The position numbers and the translations under genes were made by a program. Below the pieces are notes generated by a model that searched no databases, was not told the origin of the DNA, and saw only the letters and a list, made by a program, of their open reading frames with translations. Shown here one piece after another: positions 12,292-24,500 of a stretch of 64,000 bases of DNA (positions are counted from its first letter, which is position 1; every line of letters starts with the position of its first letter). The stretch is from Podarcis vaucheri (Eukaryota): NCBI GenBank assembly GCA_965113315.1, contig OZ220371.1; one strand, written 5' to 3'.

Positions 12292-12949
12292 AAAGGTAGG
12301 GTCTCCGAGAAAGCCATTCTTAACCAAGCAAAACAAAAAACATCAGGCAAAACACAGTAGACTCCCCCATACCTAAATGCTGGTTCAACAACTACACTTT
12401 GTAACTGGTGCCATGATAACTATGAAGCTTCAGTGAACTTCTGGTAGGCTGAGTGCTTTGAATGTCCCTGGGGCATGTACCCTACCTGCAGACATTTTAG
12501 AGCAGGCATAGGCAACCTTCAGTCCTACAGATGTTTTTTTCTTGGTTAAGAATGGCTTTCTCGGAGACCCTAGCTTTAGGCATAGGCAACCTTTGGCCCT
12601 CCACATGTTTTGGCTTACAACTCCCATGTTTCCTAGCTAACAGGACCAGTGGTCAGGGATGATGGGAATTGTAGTCCAAAACATCTGGAGGGCCAAAGGT
12701 TGCCTATGCCTAAAGGTAGGGTCTCCGAGAAAGCCATTCTTAACCAAGCAAATAATAATAATAATAATATTTAAAAATCAGGCAAAACACAGTAGACTCC
12801 CCCATACCTAAATGCTGGTTCAACAACTACACTTTGTAACTGGTGCCATGATAACTATGAAGCTTCAGTGGACTTCTGGAAGGCTGAGTGCTTTGAATGT
12901 CCCTGGGGCGTGTAAAGGTGGCTGTACCCTACCTTGCAGACATTTTAGA
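12292..12949 (+). repeat. ~210-bp direct duplication (12292-12501 and 12712-12949) flanking MITE sequence
   Basis: Both copies start aaaggtagggtctccgagaaagccattcttaaccaagcaaa and end gcagacattttaga; they differ by small indels and a few substitutions. Confidence 0.95.
12578..12711. mobile_element. hAT-type MITE (plus an extra partial left end at 12503-12535)
   Basis: TIRs aggcataggcaacctttggccctcca / tggagggccaaaggttgcctatgcct; internal tacaactccc...gggaattgtagt as in the copies at 31771 and 59880. Confidence 0.88.
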
Positions 12950-13398
12950 AGTTACTGAATACACCAGCTGTTCTCAGAGTGTGTGTTGGATGTGCCAAGG
13001 GTAATTGGCGGGAACTTGGGTTTCCTCTACACTTGAGTGTTAAGCAGTCGAAAGTTAGTGGCTGAGTGTGCAAACTTTGTGTGAAAAGCGCTACGTTAAA
13101 AGTGATGAGGGGAAGGGAATGAAAGTTCAGTGTGTGGGGTTAGATCTGTGAGGACCCGCCCCCCGTCCCCCCAGGCATGTCGTCACTTGATATTGCAGTC
13201 AAGTAATGAACATGCATGCAATGAAACCAGCCACATGGATAACTGTCAGTAGATGTGCAACTCCTCAGACAATACCCATCATTACTCATGGTCAACATAT
13301 TGCAACTTTCCCTAACCCTGCTCCTCTTTGTTGGCTGACAGTAACTGAGATGGAGGAACTCACAAAGTGATTGAGGATTTCTAGACATTATGAGGAAG

Positions 13399-13490
13399 AA
13401 AAAAAAATTCCTTCCAGTAGCACCTTAGAGACCAACTAAGTTTGTTATTGGTATGAGCTTTCGTGTGCATGCACACTTCTTCAGATACCT
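13399..13490 (-). mobile_element. Penelope-like element (PLE) terminal fragment
   Basis: ttccttccagtagcaccttagagaccaactaag...ggtatgagctttcgtgtgcatgcacacttcttcagatacc; near-identical to 59048-59136. Confidence 0.8.
13450..13489 (-). ncRNA. Minimal type-I hammerhead ribozyme motif (PLE-associated)
   Basis: Minus strand GGUAU-CUGAAGA-A-GUGUG(CAUG)CACAC-GAAA-GC-UC-AUACC: stem I GGUAU/AUACC, conserved CUGANGA and GAAA boxes, stem II hairpin, vestigial palindromic stem III (AGCU). Confidence 0.75.
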
Positions 13491-14138
13491 GGTGATGTTG
13501 ATAACCAAGGGGATACCATTTTTAGCTGCATCCCCATGGGGGCTGCAATGGCTGCCAGAAAAGGAGAGTGTGTGGCGGGTGAATTCCTAGACATGTATTT
13601 TCACCTGTGGGGCTCACCCCCAAACCTTTGCTGAATTAGGACTCCTCTGTTAGGGACCAAAATGAATGCTGTGAGCCAAAAGTGAGTTTCTTACGACCTT
13701 AGGTGAAGTACACAGCTGAGTGCTGCCTGGCAATCAGCATTTTTGGCACTTGGGTTATATTTGGGGAGAATCACGAGCTTATGGTGGGTCACTGTGCATG
13801 CCGTGACGGGAGCCATTTTGGAATCCCTCCTCTGTGCTGAAAACAAATGCCTTGGAATGCAAGATGTGTGTGTTCAATCCTACCACAATTTAAAATTGCA
13901 CATCTGTCTCCACCTGAAAGGGCAGCTACAGAGGAAGGTCTCTGTAAAGCTGCAGGTTGTCCTATATTAAAGCAGCTCAGGTGCAGAATTCTTCGGGATG
14001 ACTTTGGCCACAGACGAGTTTAGCATGAAACTTTCATGCTGTCTGGCATAAAGCTCTTCTGAGGAAAGACCAAAACGATGTAAGATTTTATAGAGCCCAT
14101 AAATGTTACAGTATAGTGTGGCTACCAGTAACACTAAA

Positions 14139-14165
14139 ACACACACACACACACACACACACACC
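14139..14165 (+). repeat. (CA)n microsatellite
   Basis: Direct reading. Confidence 0.95.
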
Positions 14166-15554
14166 TTTTAAAGATCAATGGCTGTGGTTTTGAGAACTAG
14201 ACCACGTAAGTGATATATAACAGAAGGGGGGAGAGAAAAGAAAACAGTTCAGTCACTCCACTCCTTTGCCATAAAATTTAATGCTGAGAGATTGGATGCT
14301 TTGCCAGCTGACTTAATAAAGGCTTCAAACTACGGCCGCCACAATCGACACCACACGTTTCCACTCGGATTGAGCACCCATTGGTTCTTATAATTACAGA
14401 CTTGTGTTATTTCAAAATTCAAATAGCTGATGCTGTTAAAAGTGCATTCAGTGAACTCTGACACCCAAGGGCATTCCTGGAAATGGGAAGGGTAGGGATG
14501 GTGCGAAAATCCTGGCAATGAATCCTGTCAGCATTTTGTGGACTCTGAAGAGAAACTGAGGGAAAGAACTCAGTGTTCGTTTTCTTCCTCTTCCACAGTG
14601 ATATTATTTTGCACAAGGGATGTCAAGTGTGTGAACAGGAAGCTCACAAACCCTGGCAGCAGATTTATTCATATTTTTCAGGAGGAGTGTGTGTTGCCCT
14701 GCCTGAAACCCTTGACTTCCTCACACACATTTCACTGCTCATATGAGCAGTTAACTGCCATGAATGAAATTGGTGGCTGAAATTTATGTTTTGAAGTGGT
14801 TCAGGCCAAGGGTCCATGTGGCCTTGCATTCTGTTATCAGCAAGAGCCAACTAGATGATTTTAAGGCAGAGGTGAGAAATCCCTGGAGCTCCAGATGTCA
14901 TTGGACACCAACTCCCAACAGATCCAGCAAGCAAAAATACACAACAGACAGAAACAACAAACCCTCCATGAAGCCATCACCTACAATTCTGTGACTCTAT
15001 GTCCTACTTCTCTCTGCCTGTTTGCCCCTAGCATCATCAATTTCTGTAAGTTGCTTAGAGACTTTTTCAGTTTGTGTTAACCAGCTAACAAGTTAAATAG
15101 ATAAATAATCACAGTATGCTGCTTATGAATATGCAGATTCCATTGAGTTGACCATCCCCCCATGAATGTGCCTCATTCTATTCAGAGACTTTCCGGATGG
15201 CATTTTATCCATGACTAAAATTGGGGCCACACCTCACTGTACCCTGAAAAAGTATCATATGTTTTTGTTGTTGTTATGGGTGTGTTTTTTATCACCTTCC
15301 AGAATAATGAAGAGGTCTTCAGAAAGCAAAATCAATAGTACCTTCTGAAGTCTCATACTTCCTTCAGTCCTGTCAGCCTGACCAATAGTAATGCTTCAGG
15401 GATTTCCCTTCACAGTCATTGGCTCTAGCACAGACTGCATCAGAAAATCCCAGCAGGCCATGATTCCCTTCCTTCTCTATTTTGAATGTTTGCTGTAAGC
15501 TATTTGGGGCACAGCTCATTGTGGGAAAGCAGCATATAAGTAAAACCAAGCAGT

Positions 15555-15893
15555 AAAGGTAAAGGGACCCCTGACCATTAGGTCCAGTCGTGGCCGACTC
15601 TGGGGTTGTGGCGCTCATCTTGCTTTAATGGCTGAGGGAGCCGGCGTACAGCTTCCAGGTCATGTGGCCAGCATGACAAAGCCGCTTCTGGCGAACCAGA
15701 GTAGCACACGGAAACGCCATTTACCTTCCCGCCAGAGCGGTACCTATTTATCTACTTGCACTTTGCCGTGCTTTCGAACTGCTAGGTTGGCAGGAGCAAG
15801 GACTGAGCAACGGGAGCTCACCCCGTCGCGGGGATTCGAACCGCCGACCTTCTTATCGGCAAGTCCTAGGCTCTGTGGTTTAACCCGCAATGC
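15555..15893 (-). mobile_element. Sauria SINE (Squam1)
   Basis: Reverse (ACCTTT) tail aaaggtaaaggg, conserved core gcggtacctatttatctacttgc, B box ggattcgaacc near the 5' end. Confidence 0.92.
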
Positions 15894-16019
15894 AAGCAAC
15901 AAACCCTTCCTCAGAATGTCAAGACTGTACATCAGCAAAAAGATGGTCAGTGTTAGGGTTTGAGGGGCATGTTGCTTTGAGATGAAGGCAGCAGCATAAT
16001 AACTAACATTTTTTCAGTA

Positions 16020-16237
16020 CAGTGGTATCTCTGGTTACGAACTTAATTCATTCCAGAGGTCTGTTCTTAAGCTGAAACCGTTCTTAACCTGAGGTACCAC
16101 TTTAGCTAATAGGGCCTCCCGCTGCCACCAGCGCATGATTTCTGTTCTAATCCTGAGATAAAGTTCTTAACCCAAGGTACTACTTCCAGGTTAGCGGAGT
16201 CTGTAACCTGAGGTGTTTGTAACCCAAGGTACCACTG
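16020..16237. mobile_element. Tc1/mariner (Tigger-like) MITE
   Basis: TA|cagtggta...taccactg|TA termini. Confidence 0.88.
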
Positions 16238-16412
16238 TACATGTGCCAGCCTCCTCTCATAGCACAGTGGTATACTCCAGTTCCTAATGTGGAAAAATCA
16301 GTGTTTTACATACAACACAATCAGTTCAGTAGGACTTACACCTATTATTCTTATTTTACATCTCTGTTTCTCTGGCATCATTTCCTGCTTCTGGCTTATT
16401 TTTAAACGATTG

Positions 16413-16415
<3 letters not shown>

Positions 16416-16443
<28 letters not shown>
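16416..16443 (+). repeat. (CA)n microsatellite
   Basis: Direct reading. Confidence 0.95.
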
Positions 16444-16847
16444 CATAGTAGTATTTGGGATGTATATCTCAGTTTGATGAGCAGATATATTGTATATTCA
16501 CATAAATCTCACTGGGGTACAAAAACCACAGCATTATTAAGGATGCGCAGCAGTTGCCATCCAGGCCCGTGAAAGGAAGCACACAAAGAAAGGTCTTTGC
16601 ACATCCATATTGAGCATGGTCTCATTCATAAATCATGTCTACCCACATTAGAGGTAGAACTTACTGCCAGCAGCCTTTCAACATGAGGTTTGACTGTACC
16701 ACTTTGCAAAGGAATTTTATGGCATGTATGAATATTTTTTTCAGGGATTCTCTGACTTGCCTAGTCCCAAGTCATCTAGGGCTTTATACACACTTAGATT
16801 GCATAGCACTCTATGCAACCAAAGAACAGCCAAGTTTGTTAATATGC

Positions 16848-17027
16848 CAGGTGGCACTGTGGGTTAAACCACAGAGCCTAGGCCTTGCTGATCAGAAGGT
16901 TGACGGTTCGAATCCCCGCGACGGGGTGAGCTCCTGTTGCTCGGCCAATAAAGCGAGATGAGCGCCGCAACCCCAGAGTCCATCACAACTGGACCTAATG
17001 GTCAGGGGTCCCTTTACCTTTACCTTT
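16848..17027 (+). mobile_element. Sauria SINE with internal deletion
   Basis: tRNA head ggtggcactgtgggttaaaccacagagcc...ggttcgaatccc joined at gctcgg directly to the 3' part ending cctttacctttaccttt. Confidence 0.9.
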
Positions 17028-19670
17028 CCCGCTTGTTGGACCATGATTGTTGGACCATGCTCCTTCCAATGTGTGATGAAAAAAGGCAACGGCAATCTTG
17101 CCCCCTCCTTTTCAGAGGGCGTAATGTTGATTTGCTACTGAGCTTTGAATGAATCAATATCAACATGCCTCCCATTTCTAATTAAATCAGTTTGAATATG
17201 GTGGAAGGTCTCAGTGGTGCTCCAGCCCCATGGAGAAAGAAATGAGGTGTGGCTCCTGCTGCTCAAACAGAAAATTCTCACATCCCACTGGAGGTATAAC
17301 ACTTCCAAAGAAGGAGAAAGACTATGAATTGCTTTTTATGCCTGGCTAATTCATGGAAAAGAAAACTCTCAGCATAGTTACGTAATTCACATTAAAAAAA
17401 AAAGTTCGGAACAAGTAAATTCCATGAAGCTTTGTTACTCTCTTTACATTGTCAGGACTCACAAGCTATTTCTAGTGCTCTGACACGGCTGCTGCTACAT
17501 TTATCTCTTCATTTTATTTCCATGTAAGCTGACCTGCTGACTGACTTGATTACAGTGGAGAGAAGATATTTTTGTTTTGGAAAAAATATATACATGCAGG
17601 CATATTATTCCCCCAGGTCATCTTGAGTTGCTAATAACAATCCAAAACATGGCCCAGAGATAATATGAACCAGAGAGCAACTCAGTTTCAAGGGGAAAGG
17701 GAGAAGGGACGGGGGAAGTCAACTGGATTACTGTTCTTTTCGTGGACATGGCACTTTGCAGAAGAAGATGGGGAGAGGCAAGAGAGTCACTAGTCCTGAT
17801 TACTTTCCATCTATGGTTTGATGGGAGGGTTGAAGCAAGACAACAACCAAGGGAAGCAAGGGATGGATGCAACCAGGGTAAAATCCAGAGCATACATTTA
17901 AAGCACACTTTCATACCACTTCAAGAGTCAACAAACTGTTGACTCCTGGCCTTACAGATGTACAATTCCAAGCCCTCTTAGCTAACTACAGTTCCTAAGA
18001 TTCTCTGTGGCTATTAAAGTGATATAAGAGCACTTTAAACGTATGGCATGACATTTTCTTCAACTGGGAAAGGAGTAGCAGAGGTTAAGTCAATGCCTTC
18101 ACACAAGAGATGGAACTTGAGGTAAGGTTTGAAGAGAGAGGGTCATACATGGGGTATTCTGGTAAAGGGGGCAGCAAAAGATAAAGGGTAAATAAACCCA
18201 GTGGGACCCACACAGAAGACAGACAATGGGACCCCCAAAATGCACCAGGGCTGGCTGCTGCCCACATTTTCATAATACACATTGCCAGAGGTTCCCCTGT
18301 AAAACTAAGAAGATCGGAATCAAATATTTCCTAACTGCATCTCTTCATTGGCCCACTAAAGATATTGGGAGACATTTGAGGAACTGAGGGTAGCAGAGCC
18401 AGAAGACCAAACAAAATGTGGCCAGGGAACCAGGAGCTAAGAGAAGATAGGTGGGCTGAAAAAGAAGCAATTATTTCAGGAAGAATGAAGCGATAACAAA
18501 GTGACAGAATGTCAAAAGGGATAATGCAATGTTACAAGTTTGTGGGTGCCAGGCCTTGCAATCATTAAATAAGCCAAGCTAACCAAAGTGTGGAAGTCAA
18601 CTAAGTGTTACTCAGAGTATTAATGAATAACAGAATTTCTGAGTACTCAAAAATTAATGAACATGACACCAGTCTTTAACTGTTTTTATCAATAATGTTA
18701 ATCTTTTAGTTGATTTTTTTTGTAAACTGTGTAGAGGTTTTCTAACAATCAAGTGATATTTATTTTATTTTATTTAATACAATTTATATAAGTTAGGTCT
18801 ATTAAATTGCAAAGCGTCTGCACCGAGTAAAGCAAAGCAAAGTAACACCCAAAATGTTATTACATTTATATATCTGAAGAATGCTCCCCCCTTCTCATTT
18901 CTCATTACGAGTCACACAAGAGAGGGAAACAAATATTTCCCATAGATCCATTGCAAAAGACTACACAGGACACGTTGAATGAATGTGCTGTAATGTATTC
19001 TCTAACAAACAAACAAACAAACAAACAAACAGAAGTGCTAATAATTTGAACAGTAGGAAGGTGAGATTTCTTCTTATTGTAAAAGCTGTAGCTGCCCTGA
19101 TCGAAATAAGATAGTTGGAGGGAAACAAAGGCTTGCCCCAATGTTGTTGCTCAGTTTTTAAGTCACAGCTGGGCACATTAGAGTGTGTGACACCATTAAG
19201 TGGAACTTTCAACAACACAAATAAAACATAACCTGATATTAAGCACATGCTCTGGGGAGATACAAAGATATTAGATTGGCGTCTTGGCTTGACAGAAGAG
19301 TGATCAAGAACGGTAGTATATGACACAATGTGACCCACGGCACTGAACAGCCACAATCAATCCAGAATGTGAGAATGACTTGAAAAATCTGCAGTCTCAG
19401 TCACTGATTGCTGCAGTTCCCTTCCACCGGTACAAACAAGAGAGTATACCAGATAAGGAAGTAGCAAGGGGAAATTAATTTTCCAAGTCTCTAAAAGGAA
19501 GACAAAGAATGCAAGCTAAGTGTGTAGTGCAGAAGCTGATGACTTGGCCAATGAAATGGATATTATTTAAAAAAAAATTCTACCAGGAGATGGGTGTGTG
19601 TGCCGAATACCTATAGGGTAATTTAAATAGTTCTGATTTTTTTTTGGGGGGGGGGGACTTATTCATTCAT

Positions 19671-19731
19671 TTGGTTGGTTGGTTGGTTGGTTGGTTGGTT
19701 GGTTGGTTGGTTAGTTAGTTAGTTAGTTAGT
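19671..19731 (+). repeat. (TTGG)n(TTAG)n compound tetranucleotide microsatellite
   Basis: Direct reading. Confidence 0.95.
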
Positions 19732-19842
19732 ATACCGGCCTTCATCCACAGATCTCAGGGTGGGTAACAGCCCAGAAACACATTTGATTCCAGGGATGCT
19801 GATCCCATTCATGTAAACTTCAGGCTAAGCTGTACGGAGGGT

Positions 19843-20084
19843 AGGACTCAAACCAATGGCTTAAGTTACAAGACAGGAGATTCCAACTAAACATACAGAA
19901 AAAACTTTCTGACAGTAAGAGCTGTTCAGTAGCGGAACAGTCCCTCAGGGGGTTGTGGATTCTCCTTCCTTGGAGGTTTTTAAGCAGATGTTGGATGGTC
20001 ACCTGTAACGGATGCTTTAGCTGAGTTTTCTGCATTGCAGGGGTTTGGTGTACCCTCCAACTCTACAATTCTATGATTCTATGA
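19843..20084 (+). mobile_element. CR1 LINE 3' end
   Basis: aactttctgacagtaagagctgttc...ccttccttggaggtttttaagcaga...ccaactctacaattctatgattctatga (ATTCTATG tail). Confidence 0.88.
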
Positions 20085-20183
20085 CCAACACAGCTGGGGA
20101 ACATGACTGTGGGGTACGTTTTCTGAGCAGGTTTCGTGATATGGAAGCGGAGCTGCCCCTGGAGAAGAGGCACTTGTCCTTTC

Positions 20184-20582
20184 CAGTGGCGTAGCATGGG
20201 GGTGCGGGGGGGGCAGCCGCACCTGGCGCAACATCTGGCGGGGGGTGCGCTCGCACTCTCAGCTCTCTGCCCCTACCTGGCTCACTCACTCTCTCTCTCT
20301 CACTGCAGTGCTGGCTGTGCGAATCCGATCCGAGCCGCCGGGTCGTCGCCCACTGTGGAGGGGGTGGGTGCCAGGCGTGTGGTGCAGAGAGAGAGAGAGA
20401 GGGACTATCTGGGGGAGGGACAGTGCAGCGGCCACCCAGCGCAGTGCTGAGCGTGGGAGAGAACCACACCAGACCAGACCAGGCAGCAGCAAAAAGAAGC
20501 TGGCAGCGACGGCAGGTTAGGGGTTCGGGGGCGCAAATTACTTGCCTTGCCCCGGGTGCTGACAACCCACGCTACGCCACTG
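20184..20582. mobile_element. hAT non-autonomous element (CAGTGGCGTAGC TIR), 399 bp
   Basis: TIRs cagtggcgtagc / gctacgccactg; perfect 8-bp TSD gtcctttc at 20176-20183 and 20583-20590. Confidence 0.93.
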
Positions 20583-20970
20583 GTCCTTTCTAAGGACATT
20601 TCCGTTTTACTCATATATAATGTTAGCAGGAATTGAGCTAGTTGCTTATGCAGAAGATTCCACATAACTTCTGTGCACATATGGATACCAGACACTCATT
20701 GGCCAGACCAGTAATGTGGCCCTTCTTTCAACCTCCTTTTCTCCCCTTTCCCTCCCCAGTGGGTGGTAACTGAGTAGGAAAAGTGTCACCCAATTGCGCT
20801 ACTCCATGCAATTCCAATACTCATACTCATATTGCAGTGGTATGCAAACTTAGTACAGAAAAGCACCTTCATATCAGTATAAATGGGGCTTTCAGGACCT
20901 GGAGTGTAGTGTTTCACATCTTGCAACATGTGTGAGTTGGATTAAGGGAAGTGTTATGAGTGCCCAACAG

Positions 20971-21117
20971 CAGTGCTTTTTTTCTAAAAGAAAATGTTTA
21001 AGGGTAGTTTCATTTTCCTACTCATTTTGAAATACTGCCCCTCAATGAGGCCAAACTTAGATTCACAAAATGTTTAGGGGTGTGCGTACCCCTGTGCCCC
21101 CCCAGGAAAAAGCACTG
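20971..21117. mobile_element. hAT-like MITE (CAGTGCTTTTT TIR)
   Basis: cagtgctttttt...aaaaagcactg; degenerate TSD cccaacag/cccgacac. Confidence 0.7.
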
Positions 21118-21319
21118 CCCGACACTGCTAAGAAAAGCTGGGAGTAGATAGAGACATCTTCTCAAGCATCTGGTCTTGGAGGCAGGGAGCATGCACACAG
21201 ACAAATGTGGATGACAGAAGGCTTAGTCACTTGTTCTATTTTTTAAAAATAATAATAATACCAAATGATATCACATAATTGGTTGTAACAACAGGATTAC
21301 TGCAGACTAAAACTACTTA

Positions 21320-21561
21320 CAGTGGTACCTCGGGTTACATACACTTCAGGTTACATATACTTCCGGTTACGGACTCCACTAACCCAGAAATAGTACCTCA
21401 GGTTAAGAACTTTGCTTCAGAATAAGAACAAAAATCGTGCTCCGACGGCACAGCGGCAGCAGGAGACCCCATTAGCTAAAGTGGTGCTTCAAGTTAAGAA
21501 CAGTTTCAGGTTAAGAACGGACCTCAGGAACGAATTAAGTACTTAACCCAAGGTACCACTG
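21320..21561. mobile_element. Tc1/mariner (Tigger-like) MITE
   Basis: TA|cagtggtacctcgggtta...taacccaaggtaccactg|TA; same family as 16020, opposite orientation. Confidence 0.9.
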
Positions 21562-24500
21562 TACTGTAAACTTGATGTACATTGACAAAGCAAGATACAT
21601 TACTGAGATTGCAAGATATATTCTCCAGCACTTCCATGGTTGCCCTCTTGCTGCTAGAACAGCTGAGCAAGGCAGGGTGGACACAGTGAGTGACCTACCA
21701 AGCTGAATGCAGTCTAAATTACCTGGCGTTGCTTCCTTCCTGGAAGCAACACCACAGAGGCCATGGCGCATGGATGGTGTGCTCTCTTCAGCTGGGTAGG
21801 TCATAAATTGGGCAGGGCTGATGTAATTACTCCTGGTCAGCAGTGGCACACAGATGCACAGTAGTTAATACTAAGCTTAAGGAGTGTGCCAAGAAGGAAT
21901 GAGCTGAGACCTGAGAATGAGGAAAGAAGATGGAAAGAAAGAGCTCCCTCTCACATCTCCCCCTCCCCCCTTTGCCCTTTTGAACGTGGTTGGTTGAATT
22001 TAAATTTTGCTTTGCTTGTAGTCTCCTTAAAAATGTCTGTATTATACTGGAGCGGGGCATTTTTGCAGCAGTGTTCCAAAAATGTGCAGTTGGATCCTCT
22101 GGAAGCCTGTAGAAATTGCCCTGTCTGTTTCCAGAGGGCTTTGTGGGGTCATAACAGAACTTTGTCCCCCCCCCCCAATGCTGGCCGTTCTGTTCACATT
22201 GGTAAACTTTACTGTATTTTAAATATTTAATTTTACAACAATAGATTTTATTCTTATAAGCCACCCAGCGGACCTAGTGAGCAGAAAACGCGGGATGTAA
22301 TTAATCATCCCTTTGCCTATATAAATTTACACAGCATTAACATTAGCTAATAATTGCCATCTTAAGATGTCAATTGATCCCAGTGTCAGCTCTCCAGATG
22401 GTCTGCAGGTAATAGGGGATGGGGAGCATTTGTGCATCCAATATAAATCACCACTTTCATTTGGAGAGCGAGGGAGGTGGAGTGTTGAGATGCCAATACA
22501 TTTCTTCCATTTGTTCATTTACGGGACTGTTAAAAAAAATATGGAGTTCTGCTAGTAGAAAACACCAGAGGGCTATGATGAACCAAAACCAGGATCTCTT
22601 CCCAGCCAGGCTGACCTACTTTGAAGAACAGCCAAGTGCCCTAGCAAACCTCAATCCAGCTCTCCTTCACAGCATAGTTGGCAAGAGAGAGCTATCAAAG
22701 AGAACAAAGGAGCCCAGATGTTATTTAAAGCCAGGTCTTTATTCTTCTGAATATTTGGGTCAAGTCATGCATTTTACTGTCCAAACAGGTGAAACTTATC
22801 TATTCTCTCTTCTAATAAAAGGAATACCAAGCCAGGTAGGAACGATTAGCTACGACATGGGGAGAGCAGTAACACTGACCTGCAATGATTGATATCATTT
22901 CTTCTCTGAATTTAGCAGCTCTCAGAGTATATCTGCCCACCCCCCTCCACTAAAAGCATATTGGGGTTCCCTCTTCTCCCTTGCCGGTCTAAGGAATTAT
23001 TTGACCCAAAATTAACACACATAATGTTCAACTGACTAAAGCTGTTCCTCAGAATTTAAATGAGTAGGACGTTAATACCAGCAAAAGCCTTTCCCAGTGA
23101 ATGATGTGCATGTTAATTGCTATTTTGCAGCTTTTATTACAGCCCCAGAGTGATTGCAGATCGGGAAAATTTGAACTCTGCATTGCACATCTTTTCGAAG
23201 GAGCAGAGCTCCTCAGTCTAATGCGTTATAAATTTCTCATGCCTCATAGAGTAAGGTCACGATTAAAGAAACAGACCTCAGTGTTAATATATTTGCTATC
23301 TGAACTACCACAGATAACAACTTCTGCAGTTCTGGTTATGGTCAAATGTAATTGCTAGTAAATCCTGCTGTTGGAACTGAAATATGTATGTCAACTTAAA
23401 AGTTTAAATCATAAGATAATAGAGGCATTCATTATTGGAAACAAAAAAACATGGATGACTCAGTAAGGTGGTTATAATCATTGTCTGGAGACAGGCATTT
23501 TTTATTTATTTTTAGTTTAATTTTTTGGAGAGAAAATTAAAGGTATGGTGATAAACTATGTTTATCCATAATTTGCATTTCTTTGATCCAACTGAAGTTT
23601 CTCTAATCAGGCACTTCACAACTACAAAAAACTGTTTGACCAAATAATGAGAGAATGAAAAAATACATGTAGATACTGTAGATGATAGTGACTTCACCTT
23701 TCTAGAAGAACTAATCTGTGTCTTCGTCCACAATGTTCTGAGAGTGGGCTGAAGGCACCTGATGTAACTAAACCCATGAAACTAAGCAATTCTGACCCCC
23801 TTTGCTGCTGAAATGGAAAATCAGCAGAGAATGCTATGAGAGCAGCTCTGAATTATTTTGCAGCAACAAACCTGCTGAAGCAATAAGGCAAGTGAATGCC
23901 AACATTTAACACACAATGCACCAAACTCTCCAATACCAGCCCTTGTTCTGGCTGGAGAACAAGAGAATGTGAAGTGAGGGGATGGATTGCTAGCCAGACC
24001 AGGGGAATTCTAGCCAGTAGCAATCACCCTGTTGTCCCTGATCCATTCCAACCTTCCTCACATTCCCTCCTGATGAATTAGGGCTTTTATGCAACCATGT
24101 CTGGCACATAATAGTGCTATGCACCCAAAATTTCCTAGTGATAATCCTGGGTGACTAACATACATCACAACAGTAAACGTAAATCCAAGAAGCATGTTAA
24201 AATAGCTCAGAGAAGTGATCCACAGTAGGAAAACTAAAAACAGGTGCCCTGAAATGCCATTTAAAATACCTGCCATATTCAACTTTCTGAGAAACCTATA
24301 TCATTTTGAACATCAGTATATAGTGCATCTCAAAACTCTGGGCCATAACAATGAAAAGCCTGTTAAATAAGTTGCTTGTTATATTGCTTTTATATCTCCA
24401 ATGTAATTCACATATATTAGCATTGTCCAGTTCTTGTCATCAGTGCTGTCATACTAGAAAAAGGAGTGCCAGAACTCACCATGAACATTTCCCTTGTTTT

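Noticed and set aside
12292-12949. Duplication as a haplotype-assembly artefact
   Set aside because: The copies differ by several indels and are joined by a structured MITE/inversion junction, which favours a real event; long-read confirmation is still needed.
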